A stretch of DNA of 49,044 nucleotides from a virus. Lineage: Duplodnaviria; Caudoviricetes. The first letter of the stretch is position 1. Every line of letters starts with the position of its first letter. A program made the translations under genes and the position numbers. The notes under the pieces were generated by a model that saw only the letters and a list, made by a program, of their open reading frames with translations, was not told where the DNA came from and ran no database searches. The DNA lies in the IMG/VR virus record IMGVR_UViG_3300014656_000040, positions 1 through 49,044 of that record. One strand, given 5' to 3'. Below, piece after piece: positions 6,718-16,631 of the stretch.

Positions 6718-8226
6718 GCGGTTGTTGGTTTCAAAAGTGGGTCCAGAGTACGATGCTGTACTCACATGCGCCGCCGCCAGCGGGCCCTCGGTGGGCCGCT
6801 CCGTCAGCACGTACAATCCAGCCTCCTCGGCGATCCGCGCGAACTCCGCCTGGTGCGCCTCGTCGAGCGCCATCCAGTACCGCCCATCGAGCGGGACCAC
6901 GAGGCCTCGATATGCCACCTTGGCAATCTGGAGCGCGATTCGGACACGCTGCCCATCGCTCTGCCGGGTCTCGAAGTCGAGCGCCTTTCCGGTCTCGTCG
7001 AGGACCGCAAGCCGCCCATTCTCGATGGTCAGCCCGGCGGCGGGACTCCCGGCGAGCAAGTCGCCCAAGCGCGTCCGTACCGTCTTCGCGATCTGCTCCA
7101 GAGCCTCAGCCCGCTCCCGGTGCTCCAGGGCCTTGCGGGCCTCGGCGTCAGCCTGTTCCTGGGATCGCTGGATCTCTTCGGACAGTCGGGCGCGCTCAAC
7201 GATCGCCGCGGCGCCCTTGGTTGTAGCCTCGAGTATCCCGACCTCCTCTAGCTGCGCACCGGTCACCTCGCGCCGCAGGATGGTCGCCTGCGCGTCCCAG
7301 CGCTCCAGCGCGGCCTTGGTCTCGGCCTCGGTCTTGCGCTCTACCAAGAGCGCCGTTTGAGCGTCTTCGAGCTGCCGCTGCGCCAACTCCAGGGCCTTCT
7401 CGGCTTCGCGCACCGCAGTCCCGGCGGCGTTGATGTCGCCCTGGAGGATCTCGAGCTTCCGCGCGTGCGGCGACGGGTCGGGCCGCTCACCCAATGACGC
7501 CCGGATCTCGGCCTGTTGCGCCTCCAGCTCCTGCCGCTGCTGGCAGGTCACCCGCGCCGTGTGGTAGTCGGTCTCGGCGCTGGACTGGAGTCTCCGCGCC
7601 TCGTCGAGCGACAGGTCCACCGGACCGCCGACCTCGATGGCCTTGGTCCGGATCGAGATCACCTGCGCCTCGTGGAGTTCCGCGCGCCCGTGAGCCTCGT
7701 CGGACGACTGCTCGTGCCCACGCTTCATCCGGTGGGCCACCAGGCGGATCTTCTCGCACGCCTGGAGCAGATCCTCGATCATCTCGTCCTTGATCTCTTG
7801 GATGGCGGCGGTCGCTACTTGGTCATCTCCAGCAAGCGTCCGGATCGACGCCTCGTCCACCGGCATCCGCAGGAGCGCCACCAGCGCCCGGATGCGGGCT
7901 TTGGCGCGCGCATCGGGATCTTTGATCGCCGGCTCAATGAGCGTCGCCAGGTGCCCCGTGTCGGCCAGAGCGACCTCGGCATGGCCAGTGGATCGCACGA
8001 CCTTACGCACGACGAGCTTGACGCCATCGCCCACGACCTCTCCGGAGGACGACCCGTCGCGAGGCTCCAGCGGCACGTCGGCGCCGAACAGGCGGGACAC
8101 GGCGTTCATCGTGCACGTCTTGCCGGCGCCGTTGCTCCCGGTCAGTTCCGTCACGCCGGGCTTGAGCGTCAGTGAGAACGACGACACCCCGCCGATGTTG
8201 CTGATGGTGATGGTCTTGTCGGTCAT
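6688..8226 (-). CDS. SMC/Rad50-like (AAA_23-type) coiled-coil ATPase
   Basis: N-terminal Walker A GSNGAGKT, long coiled coil, degenerate ABC signature (QSDGQR) and Walker-B-like VVPLDG. Confidence 0.8.
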   Translation of the reverse strand: MTDKTITISNIGGVSSFSLTLKPGVTELTGSNGAGKTCTMNAVSRLFGADVPLEPRDGSSSGEVVGDGVKLVVRKVVRSTGHAEVALADTGHLATLIEPAIKDPDARAKARIRALVALLRMPVDEASIRTLAGDDQVATAAIQEIKDEMIEDLLQACEKIRLVAHRMKRGHEQSSDEAHGRAELHEAQVISIRTKAIEVGGPVDLSLDEARRLQSSAETDYHTARVTCQQRQELEAQQAEIRASLGERPDPSPHARKLEILQGDINAAGTAVREAEKALELAQRQLEDAQTALLVERKTEAETKAALERWDAQATILRREVTGAQLEEVGILEATTKGAAAIVERARLSEEIQRSQEQADAEARKALEHRERAEALEQIAKTVRTRLGDLLAGSPAAGLTIENGRLAVLDETGKALDFETRQSDGQRVRIALQIAKVAYRGLVVPLDGRYWMALDEAHQAEFARIAEEAGLYVLTERPTEGPLAAAHVSTASYSGPTFETNNRAGSPATPPT

Positions 8227-8240
8227 GTAATTCCTTCTTT

Positions 8241-8516
8241 CTACCTACAGTATCCAAGGTCGAACGACTCGACCATCTCCAGGGCCACGGCCGCAACCTG
8301 GATCAGCTCCCGGCGCAGACCGGAGTACGACCCAACGTCCTTGTCGGTCGGGTAGTGCTCGGCGTGCCACTCGTGACAGGCTTCGCCGATCTCCTCCTGG
8401 AGCACGACGAGGAACGTGTGGAAGGTCTTGTTCGGAGTGCCCCATGCCGCGTCCTGCTTATCGCGCTCGGCAAGGATCTCTCGGACGATCTCAGACTGGT
8501 TCGGTGCGAGCATCAC
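8241..8516 (-). CDS. MazG-like nucleotide pyrophosphohydrolase domain protein
   Basis: ERDKQDAAWG...LQEEIGEA...ELIQVAAVA. Confidence 0.75.
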   Translation of the reverse strand: MMLAPNQSEIVREILAERDKQDAAWGTPNKTFHTFLVVLQEEIGEACHEWHAEHYPTDKDVGSYSGLRRELIQVAAVALEMVESFDLGYCR

Positions 8517-10696
8517 TTCTCCTCCAAATGATCAAACAGGAGTGGTGTTGAGGCGACCTTAACTGCCGCCTTCAGGTTCTTGACCGCGGCACGAGCGTAG
8601 CTCGGCTTGAGTTCCGCGCCCTCGAACCGACGCCCTTCGAGTAGTGACTGATACCCCTCCGAGCCGATCCCGGCGAACGGCGAGAACACCAGATCGCCCT
8701 TGCTCGACCACAGCCTGACGCACCGCTGGATCGTGCCAAGCTGAAGCGGGCAGATGTGCTTCTCGTCCTTTTCCTCGCGAGCCTCAGCCTTCGAGAGCGT
8801 GTTGCTTTCGCTGATGCCGTACCAGATCGGACGTGCCCACTCGATCCACTCCTCGCGAGTCAGGTCGTTCTTGATCGGCGTCGGATTCTCTCCCGGCTTG
8901 CGAAACACGAGGATGTAGTCGGCGAGCGCCATCCGCATCCAGGACGAGTCCTTCTCGAGCTGGACGAACAGCAGCGACTTCGCCTTGGTCCGGATCGCTT
9001 GCGCTTGCGGGCATTTGTCGATCGCCACCTCACCATGATAGATGAAGTCCTTCTCCATGAATGCCCGGATCAGATCGCCCCGGAAGTCGGTCAGCCCGAT
9101 CACGCCATCCTTCGCTTTCATGGTTGGGATCTGCTGGCAGTGGCACGCCACAAGACGCCCCGGCTTCGTCACCCGCATGAGACCTTCGATGACGAACGCG
9201 AAGTGCTCGAAGAACTCATCCTTACCGCGGCAGTTGCCCATGTCCCGATGGCTCGCGGAGTACGTGTACAGGCTGGAGAACGGCGGCGAGAATACCGACA
9301 GATCAACGCTCTCCGGCTCCATCCGATCCATGACCTCGACGCAATCCCCATGATGAAGCGTCCATCCATCGCCAGTGGTGGTCTCGATGCTGTCGTCATC
9401 CTTCACTTCGATATCTCCTTTCTGGTAGGCGGCCATGCGGCCAGCCATCGCTCGTTGTGTCTTGAGCGCGATCCGCTCCTTCCGTTTGACGTTCTCCAGG
9501 ATCTCGCTTTCCGTGTCGCTCAGTACGATCGTGACGGTCACCGGCTTGGTCTGGCCGAACCGCCACGACCGGCGGATTGCTTGGTAGTACTGCTCGTAGC
9601 TGTCGCCAAGGCCGACGAACACCTGGCGGCTGGCGCACTGGAAGTTCATGCCGAACCCGACGATCTTCGGCTTGGTCACGAGTACGCGAGCATCGCCGGC
9701 GAGGAACGCCACAATCTTCTCCTGCTTGCTTTCCATCGAGTCCGATCCAGACACGCTGACGGACTCGCCGTTGATTGCTGCCGCGAGCTTACTCTGCTCA
9801 TCGTTCAGCCCGCACCACGCGATCACCTGTTCGTCGGTGCTCTGGATAACGCGCCGAGCCATGTCCACACGCTCATCAATCGTCTGCCGGCGCACCTGCC
9901 CTCGCTCTCGGATGCCGCCGAGACCCATGAAGAACAAGCACCCGTCGCTTTGAATCTCGGCCCGCACGATGGCGGACTCGATCTCAATCTTGGGCAGGAT
10001 GAAGCCGTTGTCCGGATATCCCAGGTCGCTCGGAGCGCCGACGTAGACCGACCACGTTGAGAGCCAGCGGTAGAACGCCTCCACGGCATGACCCTTCATC
10101 GACCACTTCTGCTCGCGCTCGCCCTTATTGAAGAAGAACGACGCCATCATCTCGGCGTTCGTCATCACACCGAGGAACTCCGCGTGGTTGCCCAACTCAG
10201 TTACGTCGTTCGGTGCCGGGGTGGCGGTACACGCCAGCTTGAACGGTGTATCCCGGAACATCTTCAGGATGCGCGACTTCGTCTTGCCGTCGATCGACTT
10301 CAAGATGGACGACTCATCGAGCACGACTCCCGAGAACATTCCCGGCTCGATCTTGTGGAGCTGCTCGTAGTTCGTGATCTGGATGCGGGCGTCGTCGCTG
10401 CGGCTGACGTCGATCCCGAACCGTGCTAGCTCACCGATTGTCTGTTCACTCACGCACAGCGGAGCCACGATCAGCACTCGACCGTTTGTCGCAGCGGCGA
10501 CAGTATCAGCCCACGCACCCTGCTGAATGGTCTTGCCGAGCCCACAATCCTCGAAGAGAGCGAACCGTCCGGCCTTCAGTGCGCGGCGGACGCATACCTT
10601 CTGCCAGTCGAATAGATGCTGATTCAGGAGCGCGCCTTCGATGCCGTCCCGTTTTGGGGGCGCAACCTTCTGAGACAGAAACTCTTCGTATCGCAT
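8513..10696 (-). CDS. SNF2-like helicase fused to an N4/N6 DNA methyltransferase
   Basis: Helicase motifs GLGKT, LDESS, TATP, GMNFQ, QAIRRSWRFGQ. MTase motifs FSPPF and SPFAGIGS. Confidence 0.9.
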   Translation of the reverse strand: MRYEEFLSQKVAPPKRDGIEGALLNQHLFDWQKVCVRRALKAGRFALFEDCGLGKTIQQGAWADTVAAATNGRVLIVAPLCVSEQTIGELARFGIDVSRSDDARIQITNYEQLHKIEPGMFSGVVLDESSILKSIDGKTKSRILKMFRDTPFKLACTATPAPNDVTELGNHAEFLGVMTNAEMMASFFFNKGEREQKWSMKGHAVEAFYRWLSTWSVYVGAPSDLGYPDNGFILPKIEIESAIVRAEIQSDGCLFFMGLGGIRERGQVRRQTIDERVDMARRVIQSTDEQVIAWCGLNDEQSKLAAAINGESVSVSGSDSMESKQEKIVAFLAGDARVLVTKPKIVGFGMNFQCASRQVFVGLGDSYEQYYQAIRRSWRFGQTKPVTVTIVLSDTESEILENVKRKERIALKTQRAMAGRMAAYQKGDIEVKDDDSIETTTGDGWTLHHGDCVEVMDRMEPESVDLSVFSPPFSSLYTYSASHRDMGNCRGKDEFFEHFAFVIEGLMRVTKPGRLVACHCQQIPTMKAKDGVIGLTDFRGDLIRAFMEKDFIYHGEVAIDKCPQAQAIRTKAKSLLFVQLEKDSSWMRMALADYILVFRKPGENPTPIKNDLTREEWIEWARPIWYGISESNTLSKAEAREEKDEKHICPLQLGTIQRCVRLWSSKGDLVFSPFAGIGSEGYQSLLEGRRFEGAELKPSYARAAVKNLKAAVKVASTPLLFDHLEEK

Positions 10697-10756
10697 CGGT
10701 TCTCCTTGTTTTGATGCGAGCAGTCTAGCGTTGTTCCGATAAAGAGCAAGGAGAAT

Positions 10757-11668
10757 CTACTTCATCGCAGCAACCTTCAGCCGCAGGTTCTCGATCTGCT
10801 CGTCGGTCAAGCCGCTGACGGCCTTCGCGTCGGCTTCAGCGCAGGCGCCCTCGACCTCGCTCATCGCCTTCTCGTTGATCTCGGCAATGGCGCGGATCTC
10901 GTCCAGGGCCTTCTCGCGGTCGAATGCGATGGGCTCGGGTTCGGTCTCGGGCTCTGGCTCGGGATCTGGCTCGGGATCTGGTGCCGACTTCAGATCGGCC
11001 AATGTCTTCGGCAGATCCGTGGGCGCGACTCGCACTGTCTCGACGTCGACCACGTCGTGTAGCTCCTCCTGCGTGTAGAGGCCCATCGAGAGTTCCGGCG
11101 CGTAGGCGCGCACGAAGAAGCTCGCCGCACGGTACATGAACATCTGCTGCGGCATCGTGACCCACTTCGATCCCTTGCGTTGCGGCCACCCTTCTGCCTC
11201 GGCCATCTGCCAGGTGATCCATGCGCCGTCGATCCGGTCGCCAGTCGCCTTCTCGGTGGCGAACGCACGGCAACCCCACTCCTTCTGGCCCTGTTTCCCG
11301 CGCCACTCGAACCTCATCGAGCTGAACCTGCCACACTGGTTGAAGCAGGCGATCAGGAACGTCGAACTCCACGCCGGCCGGCCGTGGACGACGTACAGGT
11401 TCTGCATGACCATGAGTTGGTCCGCGCGGAGCCGCTGCGCCATATTCAAAGCAATCAGGCAGTTAGGCATGTTGTTCCGGTAGATATCCGGGACGAGCGT
11501 CGAGCGGGAAAACGCCGTCGCGATCCGTTGCGCGAGGGCGAAGCCATCGCTATCGCTGAAGCCAGCCATGACGTTCCGGCCGTTGGTCGCCGGGAGGGAG
11601 ACGCTCTCCTTCTCCGGTTCGATGGTGGTGGGGGTAACGGCCTGCGCCGTGGTGGTGATCTCAGTCAT
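10757..11668 (-). CDS. RecT-like single-strand annealing protein
   Basis: LVPDIYRN..NCLIAL...VMQNLYVVHGRP...KWVTMPQQMFMYRA. Adjacent to the exonuclease gene. Confidence 0.8.
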   Translation of the reverse strand: MTEITTTAQAVTPTTIEPEKESVSLPATNGRNVMAGFSDSDGFALAQRIATAFSRSTLVPDIYRNNMPNCLIALNMAQRLRADQLMVMQNLYVVHGRPAWSSTFLIACFNQCGRFSSMRFEWRGKQGQKEWGCRAFATEKATGDRIDGAWITWQMAEAEGWPQRKGSKWVTMPQQMFMYRAASFFVRAYAPELSMGLYTQEELHDVVDVETVRVAPTDLPKTLADLKSAPDPEPDPEPEPETEPEPIAFDREKALDEIRAIAEINEKAMSEVEGACAEADAKAVSGLTDEQIENLRLKVAAMK

Positions 11669-12743
11669 CGGTGGACTCCTTCGTTTCGTTGGCGACCGCC
11701 TGCGCGGCCCTGAACTCTCGGATCATCTTCTCTGCCTTCGCCGGGTCGCACTTTCTCGGCCAGTTGACCTTGCGATACGGCTTGCGGGTGTACTTGACCT
11801 CGACGCCGGCAACCATCGTGCTCGAGATGCGCCCGAAGCCAGGCACCAGCGCGAACTCGTGGTCCGCGAGACCGTCGAGCAGCTTGGTTTCGATCGCGGT
11901 CTGACGTTTCCCGAGGCTCTTGATCTTCTCGGCGACCTCGAGCCGCTCGATCAGCAGCTCGGCGTGACTCGGCTCCAGGATCGCGGTCGATCCCTCGACG
12001 TGCTCGGGCCAGCGGAGTTTCTGCGCCTTGCGCGTCGCCTCGTGGCCGTCCGGCTCCGGCGCGTCCATCTCCGCGATCCGACGCGCCATGTCGTTGCCGG
12101 TCTCAATCATCTGCCCGATGAACACCTCGTCGCGATACATGCGCACGCGAACCGATCGGTTGCCGCCGATCAGGGCGAAGAGGTCGCAGATTTCCAGGCC
12201 GGTCGCGGCGAGCTGTGCCTGGCCCTGGATCTGGTACTGGATGGGGGCGCTTCCAAGAGAAACGCCGTCGATCGCCCTCTCGAAAATCTTCGGGCCGCTG
12301 TCAGCGTCTTCACCGATCACTCCCTCGCACCACTCTCCGGCCTTGCTGATGTCGCTGTTTTTACACTCGACCAGCACCTTCATCCCGTCCTCGTCCGCGA
12401 CAAAATCCAGCGTCGCGTACAGCCACGGGATCTTCGGATGCTGCACCGTCGTCCAGCGGCCGAGATCGTGGATGCGGACGCCGTACATCGAGGCGTAGCC
12501 CTGCGCGAGACCGCGTTCGAGCCAGTTGCCCCAGCGCATGCGCTCGCTCGCCTCGTGGTCAGCGTCGGCCAGCACGCCAGCCTTCTCGGCCCACACGGAG
12601 TAGGGGCTGGCCCACGGCGAGACCCCGAACAGCGCCGCCATGTCGCTGCCGCCAATCCTTGCGCGCCGGTAGGCCAGCCAGTCGTCTTCAGTTGCGTGGG
12701 CGGTGATGATCGCCCCGGATGGAAATTTGATCGTGTCTGACAT
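11661..12743 (-). CDS. YqaJ/lambda-exonuclease family protein
   Basis: WLAYRRARIGGSD, SPYSVWAEK, ATLDF, LVECK, YQIQGQAQLAATG. Start ATG 12743 with GGAGG RBS. Confidence 0.9.
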   Translation of the reverse strand: MSDTIKFPSGAIITAHATEDDWLAYRRARIGGSDMAALFGVSPWASPYSVWAEKAGVLADADHEASERMRWGNWLERGLAQGYASMYGVRIHDLGRWTTVQHPKIPWLYATLDFVADEDGMKVLVECKNSDISKAGEWCEGVIGEDADSGPKIFERAIDGVSLGSAPIQYQIQGQAQLAATGLEICDLFALIGGNRSVRVRMYRDEVFIGQMIETGNDMARRIAEMDAPEPDGHEATRKAQKLRWPEHVEGSTAILEPSHAELLIERLEVAEKIKSLGKRQTAIETKLLDGLADHEFALVPGFGRISSTMVAGVEVKYTRKPYRKVNWPRKCDPAKAEKMIREFRAAQAVANETKESTDD

Positions 12744-12774
12744 CGCGTGATCCTCCTTCTGATCGTTGCGTGAT

Positions 12775-12855
12775 CTACCAGAGCGGCGACAGCGCCAGCG
12801 CCGCGAACACGGCGAGGATGAGCGCTGCACAGGCCGCGTACTCTCTCAGTGTCAT
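12775..12855 (-). CDS. 26-aa single-transmembrane peptide MTLREYAACAALILAVFAALALSPLW
   Basis: Read manually. Fills the gap between two minus-strand genes and is one hydrophobic helix. RBS is weak. Confidence 0.45.
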   Translation of the reverse strand: MTLREYAACAALILAVFAALALSPLW

Positions 12856-12866
12856 CGATTCGTCGT

Positions 12867-13154
12867 TCACAGCTTCGGTGCCCTCCCTTGCCGGCCGATG
12901 CGGAATGCTGACGGTCGGCCCTTGAGTGTCTTGCGGATCGCGTCCCAGCGTGCGGCATGGACCTTCCGCAACTCATCTACGAGGCCCAGCGGGTCCATCC
13001 CGAACGTCTGCGCCATCCGCTGGATCTCCGCGACCATCGGCATCACCGACGCTGCGCGAATCATCGACGTGCGGTCCTGCGGGATTTGGAACCGCGCCGC
13101 CCATTCCTCCAGGGTGTTCTGGTTCTCCAAATAGGACTGTAGGGTCCGGTTCAT
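12867..13154 (-). CDS. Putative Cro/HTH-like regulator, first gene of the leftward operon
   Basis: GGAGG RBS before ATG 13154, position next to the divergent control region, helical pattern. The HTH itself is not firmly recognised. Confidence 0.5.
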   Translation of the reverse strand: MNRTLQSYLENQNTLEEWAARFQIPQDRTSMIRAASVMPMVAEIQRMAQTFGMDPLGLVDELRKVHAARWDAIRKTLKGRPSAFRIGRQGRAPKL

Positions 13155-13440
13155 GTTTCCTCCAGCAGATGCGAGGTGTCCTGCCGAAAAAGATACCACC
13201 GGATTCTCGGGATGAAAGGGGTTCTTCCGAAAAAATATCGGGGCGTGGCGCCGCGCGGTTTTCCCTGGATTTGGTTCTCCGACGGTTCTCCGCCCGAGAT
13301 TTCTGTTCACCAGCGGCCGGGGTGAGGGTAGGGTGGTGAGAAGTGAGGGCAGGGTTCGGGGTCGCTCCCCGACGTCAAGGACTAGGCCCCCTTCCTACGT
13401 GTCTCCCACCGTGGGCCGGGTCGCCTTGCCCGACCTTTAC
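13155..13440. promoter_or_regulatory. Divergent control region
   Basis: Strand switch. CCGAAAAA motifs at 13184 and 13227. Direct repeat GGTTCTCCG at 13273 and 13284. Confidence 0.5.
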
Positions 13441-13452
13441 ATGGAGGCACAG

Positions 13453-13809
13453 ATGCCAAAAGAAAAGCAGCGGAAGAGTTGTAATCCGGTCGTCGTCATC
13501 GACCCAATTCAGATTATTGCTGGTCGACATTTCGCCGAAATGCCGTTGGTTGCCAAGGGGATCTTTCTGGAGCTGGTATGCCACCAGGCAGTGGCCGGAA
13601 CGCTTCCATCGCGGCTCGTCGATTTAGCCCGAATCCTTGGCCTCTACATGGACCCATGCCAAGACGATCCATTCGACAGGCCGGGCCTGAAGTCTGCAGA
13701 ACCGATGCTTTCTTGGCTCAGTCCGTTTATGTCTGGGGCTCAGTTATCGCACGATGAAGACGATGGCGATGGGGAATCCTCACTCAACTCGGAAGCGATC
13801 CTGTCATGA
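13453..13809 (+). CDS. DUF1376/YdaU-like replication-associated protein
   Basis: GGAGG RBS. MPLVAKGIFLELVCHQ..GTLP...LARILG. Confidence 0.6.
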   Translation: MPKEKQRKSCNPVVVIDPIQIIAGRHFAEMPLVAKGIFLELVCHQAVAGTLPSRLVDLARILGLYMDPCQDDPFDRPGLKSAEPMLSWLSPFMSGAQLSHDEDDGDGESSLNSEAILS

Positions 13810-14999
13810 GTTCAGACGACGACGGCAGCACCTGCGCTGATGGCAATAATCCAAAACATCGAAAGCGCGCCGGTTACTCGATCTGGCTCGAGGAGAACAT
13901 GCCGTGGCACCCGAAAGTGATCGGCCTGAGTTCACCCGCCTGGCGCCTCTACGTGACTGGGATCTGCTACGCATCCCGGCTGATGACGGACGGGTTTCTC
14001 CCACGCGCTGTGTTGCCTGATTTCGGCTCCACCGTGAGCCGAAAATGGCGTGCTTTCGCCGAAGAATTGGTCGCCGCTGGGCTCTGGGATTGTGTCGTCC
14101 AACCTTTCGAATCCTCGGCGAATCCTCAGCGAACAGCCGGCGAATCCTCGGCGAATCCCGCGCGAATCTCCGATTCAAATGAGGTTCACCCAGGATTCAC
14201 TGAGGATTCGGCTTCTCGAATAGGGCTATTCATTGGGTATTCGGTACATGATTTCGGGGAGTATCAGGCGTCTGCTGAGAGCCGAGGGAAAGTGACGCAA
14301 GCGCGTTCTAACGCTGGACATAAGGGCGGTATACGGAGCGGTGAAGCACGACGAAAGCAGACCGAAGAATGTGAAGCAAACGCGAAGCAAACGGTTGAAG
14401 CAGAAGAGACGAGAAGAGAAGAGACGAGAGGAATGGAGAGAGATTCTAACTCTTCGGGAAGACCCGAAGAGTCTCCGGGATCGCGCGGACGCGACCCGGC
14501 GCCTGCCGACCCGGACCAGCCCGAGGACCCACCCCCCAAGAAGACCCGGAAGCGGAAGCCAAAGCCGGCGGACGATCCCGAGGAAGCCGCGCTCCTGGAG
14601 ATGATCCGTGACTTCCGGGCTCGCTGGCTGAAGCACTGGGCGACGATCGCCGATTGCGCCGAGCCCGACATGCCCGAGAAGCGCCTGCGGGATCTGTCCG
14701 GGTGGGCTGCGGCCGAGAACACCGCCCTACGCCGGGACATGAAGCGCCTCGGGGCGGATGAGATGCGCCGGAGGGGGGCGCGCTTCTTTCAGGGCGAGCC
14801 GGCGTTCATCTGGAAAGAGCGAGTCCCAGGCCCGCGTGACTTCTTCGCGCACATCAACCGGCTCGTGGGATCGAATGGGCACTCACCGGCCGACACGTCG
14901 AAGTTGAGTCCGATTCAGCAACTCGCAGAGAAGTTCCGCGAGGAGAGCAGGCGCCAAAAGGCGCAGGAAGTGGAGAGTCATGGAATCAACCAGGAATGA
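13806..14999 (+). CDS. Phage replication initiator
   Basis: HPKVIGLSSPAWRLYVTGICYASRLMTDGFLP N-terminal domain, low-complexity linker and internal iterons. Confidence 0.75.
   Translation: MSSDDDGSTCADGNNPKHRKRAGYSIWLEENMPWHPKVIGLSSPAWRLYVTGICYASRLMTDGFLPRAVLPDFGSTVSRKWRAFAEELVAAGLWDCVVQPFESSANPQRTAGESSANPARISDSNEVHPGFTEDSASRIGLFIGYSVHDFGEYQASAESRGKVTQARSNAGHKGGIRSGEARRKQTEECEANAKQTVEAEETRREETRGMERDSNSSGRPEESPGSRGRDPAPADPDQPEDPPPKKTRKRKPKPADDPEEAALLEMIRDFRARWLKHWATIADCAEPDMPEKRLRDLSGWAAAENTALRRDMKRLGADEMRRRGARFFQGEPAFIWKERVPGPRDFFAHINRLVGSNGHSPADTSKLSPIQQLAEKFREESRRQKAQEVESHGINQE
14108..14170 (+). repeat. Six 11-bp iterons (CGAATCCTCGG consensus), putative origin
   Basis: CGAA(T/C) at 14108, 14119, 14130, 14141, 14152 and 14163. 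Confidence 0.75.
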
Positions 15000-15540
15000 C
15001 CCGGAGCGACTCACGTTCATCTCTGAGCAGATCATGCGGATCGACGCGGCCTATCGGATCGAAACCTCGCAGAAGCACGTCGAGATCCTGGTGCGCGAGT
15101 GGGCCAGGTCTTTCGATGGCTTCCCGGACTCGGCGCTGTCGTGGGCGGTCTCGCAGTGGATCGACTCGCCGGCAGAGTTCCCGCCGCGGCTTGGGCAGCT
15201 TCGATCGAGGATCATCTGCTTCCTGTTGGACCTCAAGGAGCCGGATGAAGCACTACGACTCGTTATCTGGACGGTGACGCGTTGGCATGAAAAGAAGTTT
15301 GATACCGCGCGCGATGCGATGGAGTTCCTGGACGACGTACACGTACAGGCCGCGGCTCGTTCGGTCGGGTGGGAAGACATTCTTGACGCCGACACCTCCG
15401 CAGCGAAGGCCGCATGGAAGCGACAATTCATCGACGCCTACGAGCGCGTGATTTCTCGGGTCAAGGTACAATCGGTCGAGCGAGTGGCGCAGATGGTTGA
15501 TGGTGACCAGCAGACGTTGCTCGCAGAACTCAGTCAGTGA
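14980..15540 (+). CDS. Putative helicase loader/inhibitor
   Basis: Follows the initiator. W...F..FP......AV...I.....FPP pattern of G39P/lambda-P-like loaders. Confidence 0.55.
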   Translation: MESTRNDPERLTFISEQIMRIDAAYRIETSQKHVEILVREWARSFDGFPDSALSWAVSQWIDSPAEFPPRLGQLRSRIICFLLDLKEPDEALRLVIWTVTRWHEKKFDTARDAMEFLDDVHVQAAARSVGWEDILDADTSAAKAAWKRQFIDAYERVISRVKVQSVERVAQMVDGDQQTLLAELSQ

Positions 15541-15549
15541 AGGAGATCA

Positions 15550-16284
15550 GTGACGATGGAACGAATGGCGGTTGAACGGATGCTCTCGGAGATTCAGAGC
15601 ATTCATCCGGGAGTCCCACAATCACGCAAGCACGCGCAACTCGTGATGGTGCTCTCGCGTGACGGCGTTGACGAGGGCGATGCACGCGCGTTCCTGTCGT
15701 CTTGTCTGGCAGATGGCCAGAAGTGGCCGACGCCGACGCAGCTCGTAGGAGTGCTGCGCAATCGCCAGGGCGACAAGTTCAAGATCGAGCAGCAGGCGAT
15801 CATCCGCGAGGTCGTAGCGAAGTTTGGTCACGACTTCTTGGCGATGGATTCGCTGCCGGCGCGGAGTCCGTGTGTGAGCTGTACGTGGCGGCCACAGCCG
15901 AATGCGCCGTCGTGGTGGGAGGCGGTCGGAGGATCGCATCAGGATCGGCTTTTGAAGCACGTCCATTGGTGGAATGCCGATGCCATCGAGGCTGAGTTTG
16001 GCATGCGCCCGAGATGGGACGTTGAGATTCAAGAGATCACAATCGGGACGCTGGTTGTCGCTGGTGAGTGGTGTCGTCGTCACGCGCCCGACGGAACGAA
16101 GATCGACTTCCCTTTCGAGTATCACCCGTTGCGAACGCATCTTCCTCCGAGTGAGTTTCTTGCGCTGTCGCGCGAGTGGTCAAGTCGGTACATGCTCGAG
16201 GTCAAGGAGCGATATCCGCTGAATCTGGAGCAGATGACCAAGACGATGACATTGCCGCAGAAGGCGATGGAGGTGCTCGCGTGA
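15550..16284 (+). CDS. Hypothetical protein
   Basis: 244 aa, AAGGAG RBS. Confidence 0.6.
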   Translation: MTMERMAVERMLSEIQSIHPGVPQSRKHAQLVMVLSRDGVDEGDARAFLSSCLADGQKWPTPTQLVGVLRNRQGDKFKIEQQAIIREVVAKFGHDFLAMDSLPARSPCVSCTWRPQPNAPSWWEAVGGSHQDRLLKHVHWWNADAIEAEFGMRPRWDVEIQEITIGTLVVAGEWCRRHAPDGTKIDFPFEYHPLRTHLPPSEFLALSREWSSRYMLEVKERYPLNLEQMTKTMTLPQKAMEVLA

Positions 16285-16631
16285 GGATTCACAGCAGATG
16301 CCCATGCGGTGCGCGCCTCGAGGTTGAGGCGGACATGAACGTGGACACGATGGTCGATCCAACCGAAGCGTCGATCTGCCGTGCTGCTTGGGACCAGTTC
16401 AACCGCGTCCACGCAGCATGCCGCAAGGCGTGGGTTCGGACTGAGAACGGACGCGCCGCCGTAGCCGAGCGGGACGCGCGCGGAAAACCAGATACCGGCG
16501 AGCTGGGCGAGGAGGAACCAGACCAACGAGACGCGAACGTCGGCATCGTCCCTGGAACGGTCACGAGCCATCCACCGGACGAGTTCGCTGAAGCAGAGAA
16601 AAGGCGGGGCGGTCACGGTATTGGATTCTGA
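16281..16631 (+). CDS. Hypothetical protein (MRIHSRCPCG...)
   Basis: GGAGG RBS and GTGA overlap at 16281. Confidence 0.55.
   Translation: MRIHSRCPCGARLEVEADMNVDTMVDPTEASICRAAWDQFNRVHAACRKAWVRTENGRAAVAERDARGKPDTGELGEEEPDQRDANVGIVPGTVTSHPPDEFAEAEKRRGGHGIGF

Noticed and set aside
6498-6734. His/Thr-rich ORFs across the arrays (also 5267-5452) and plus-strand Cys/Val/Trp-rich ORFs
   Set aside because: By-products of a period-5 repeat. They have no RBS and overlap real genes.
8756-12740. Long antisense ORFs (8756-10060, 11568-12740; also 20238-21521, 28122-29096)
   Set aside because: Typical high-GC shadow frames with no domain motifs, unlike the antisense ORF inside the intein.
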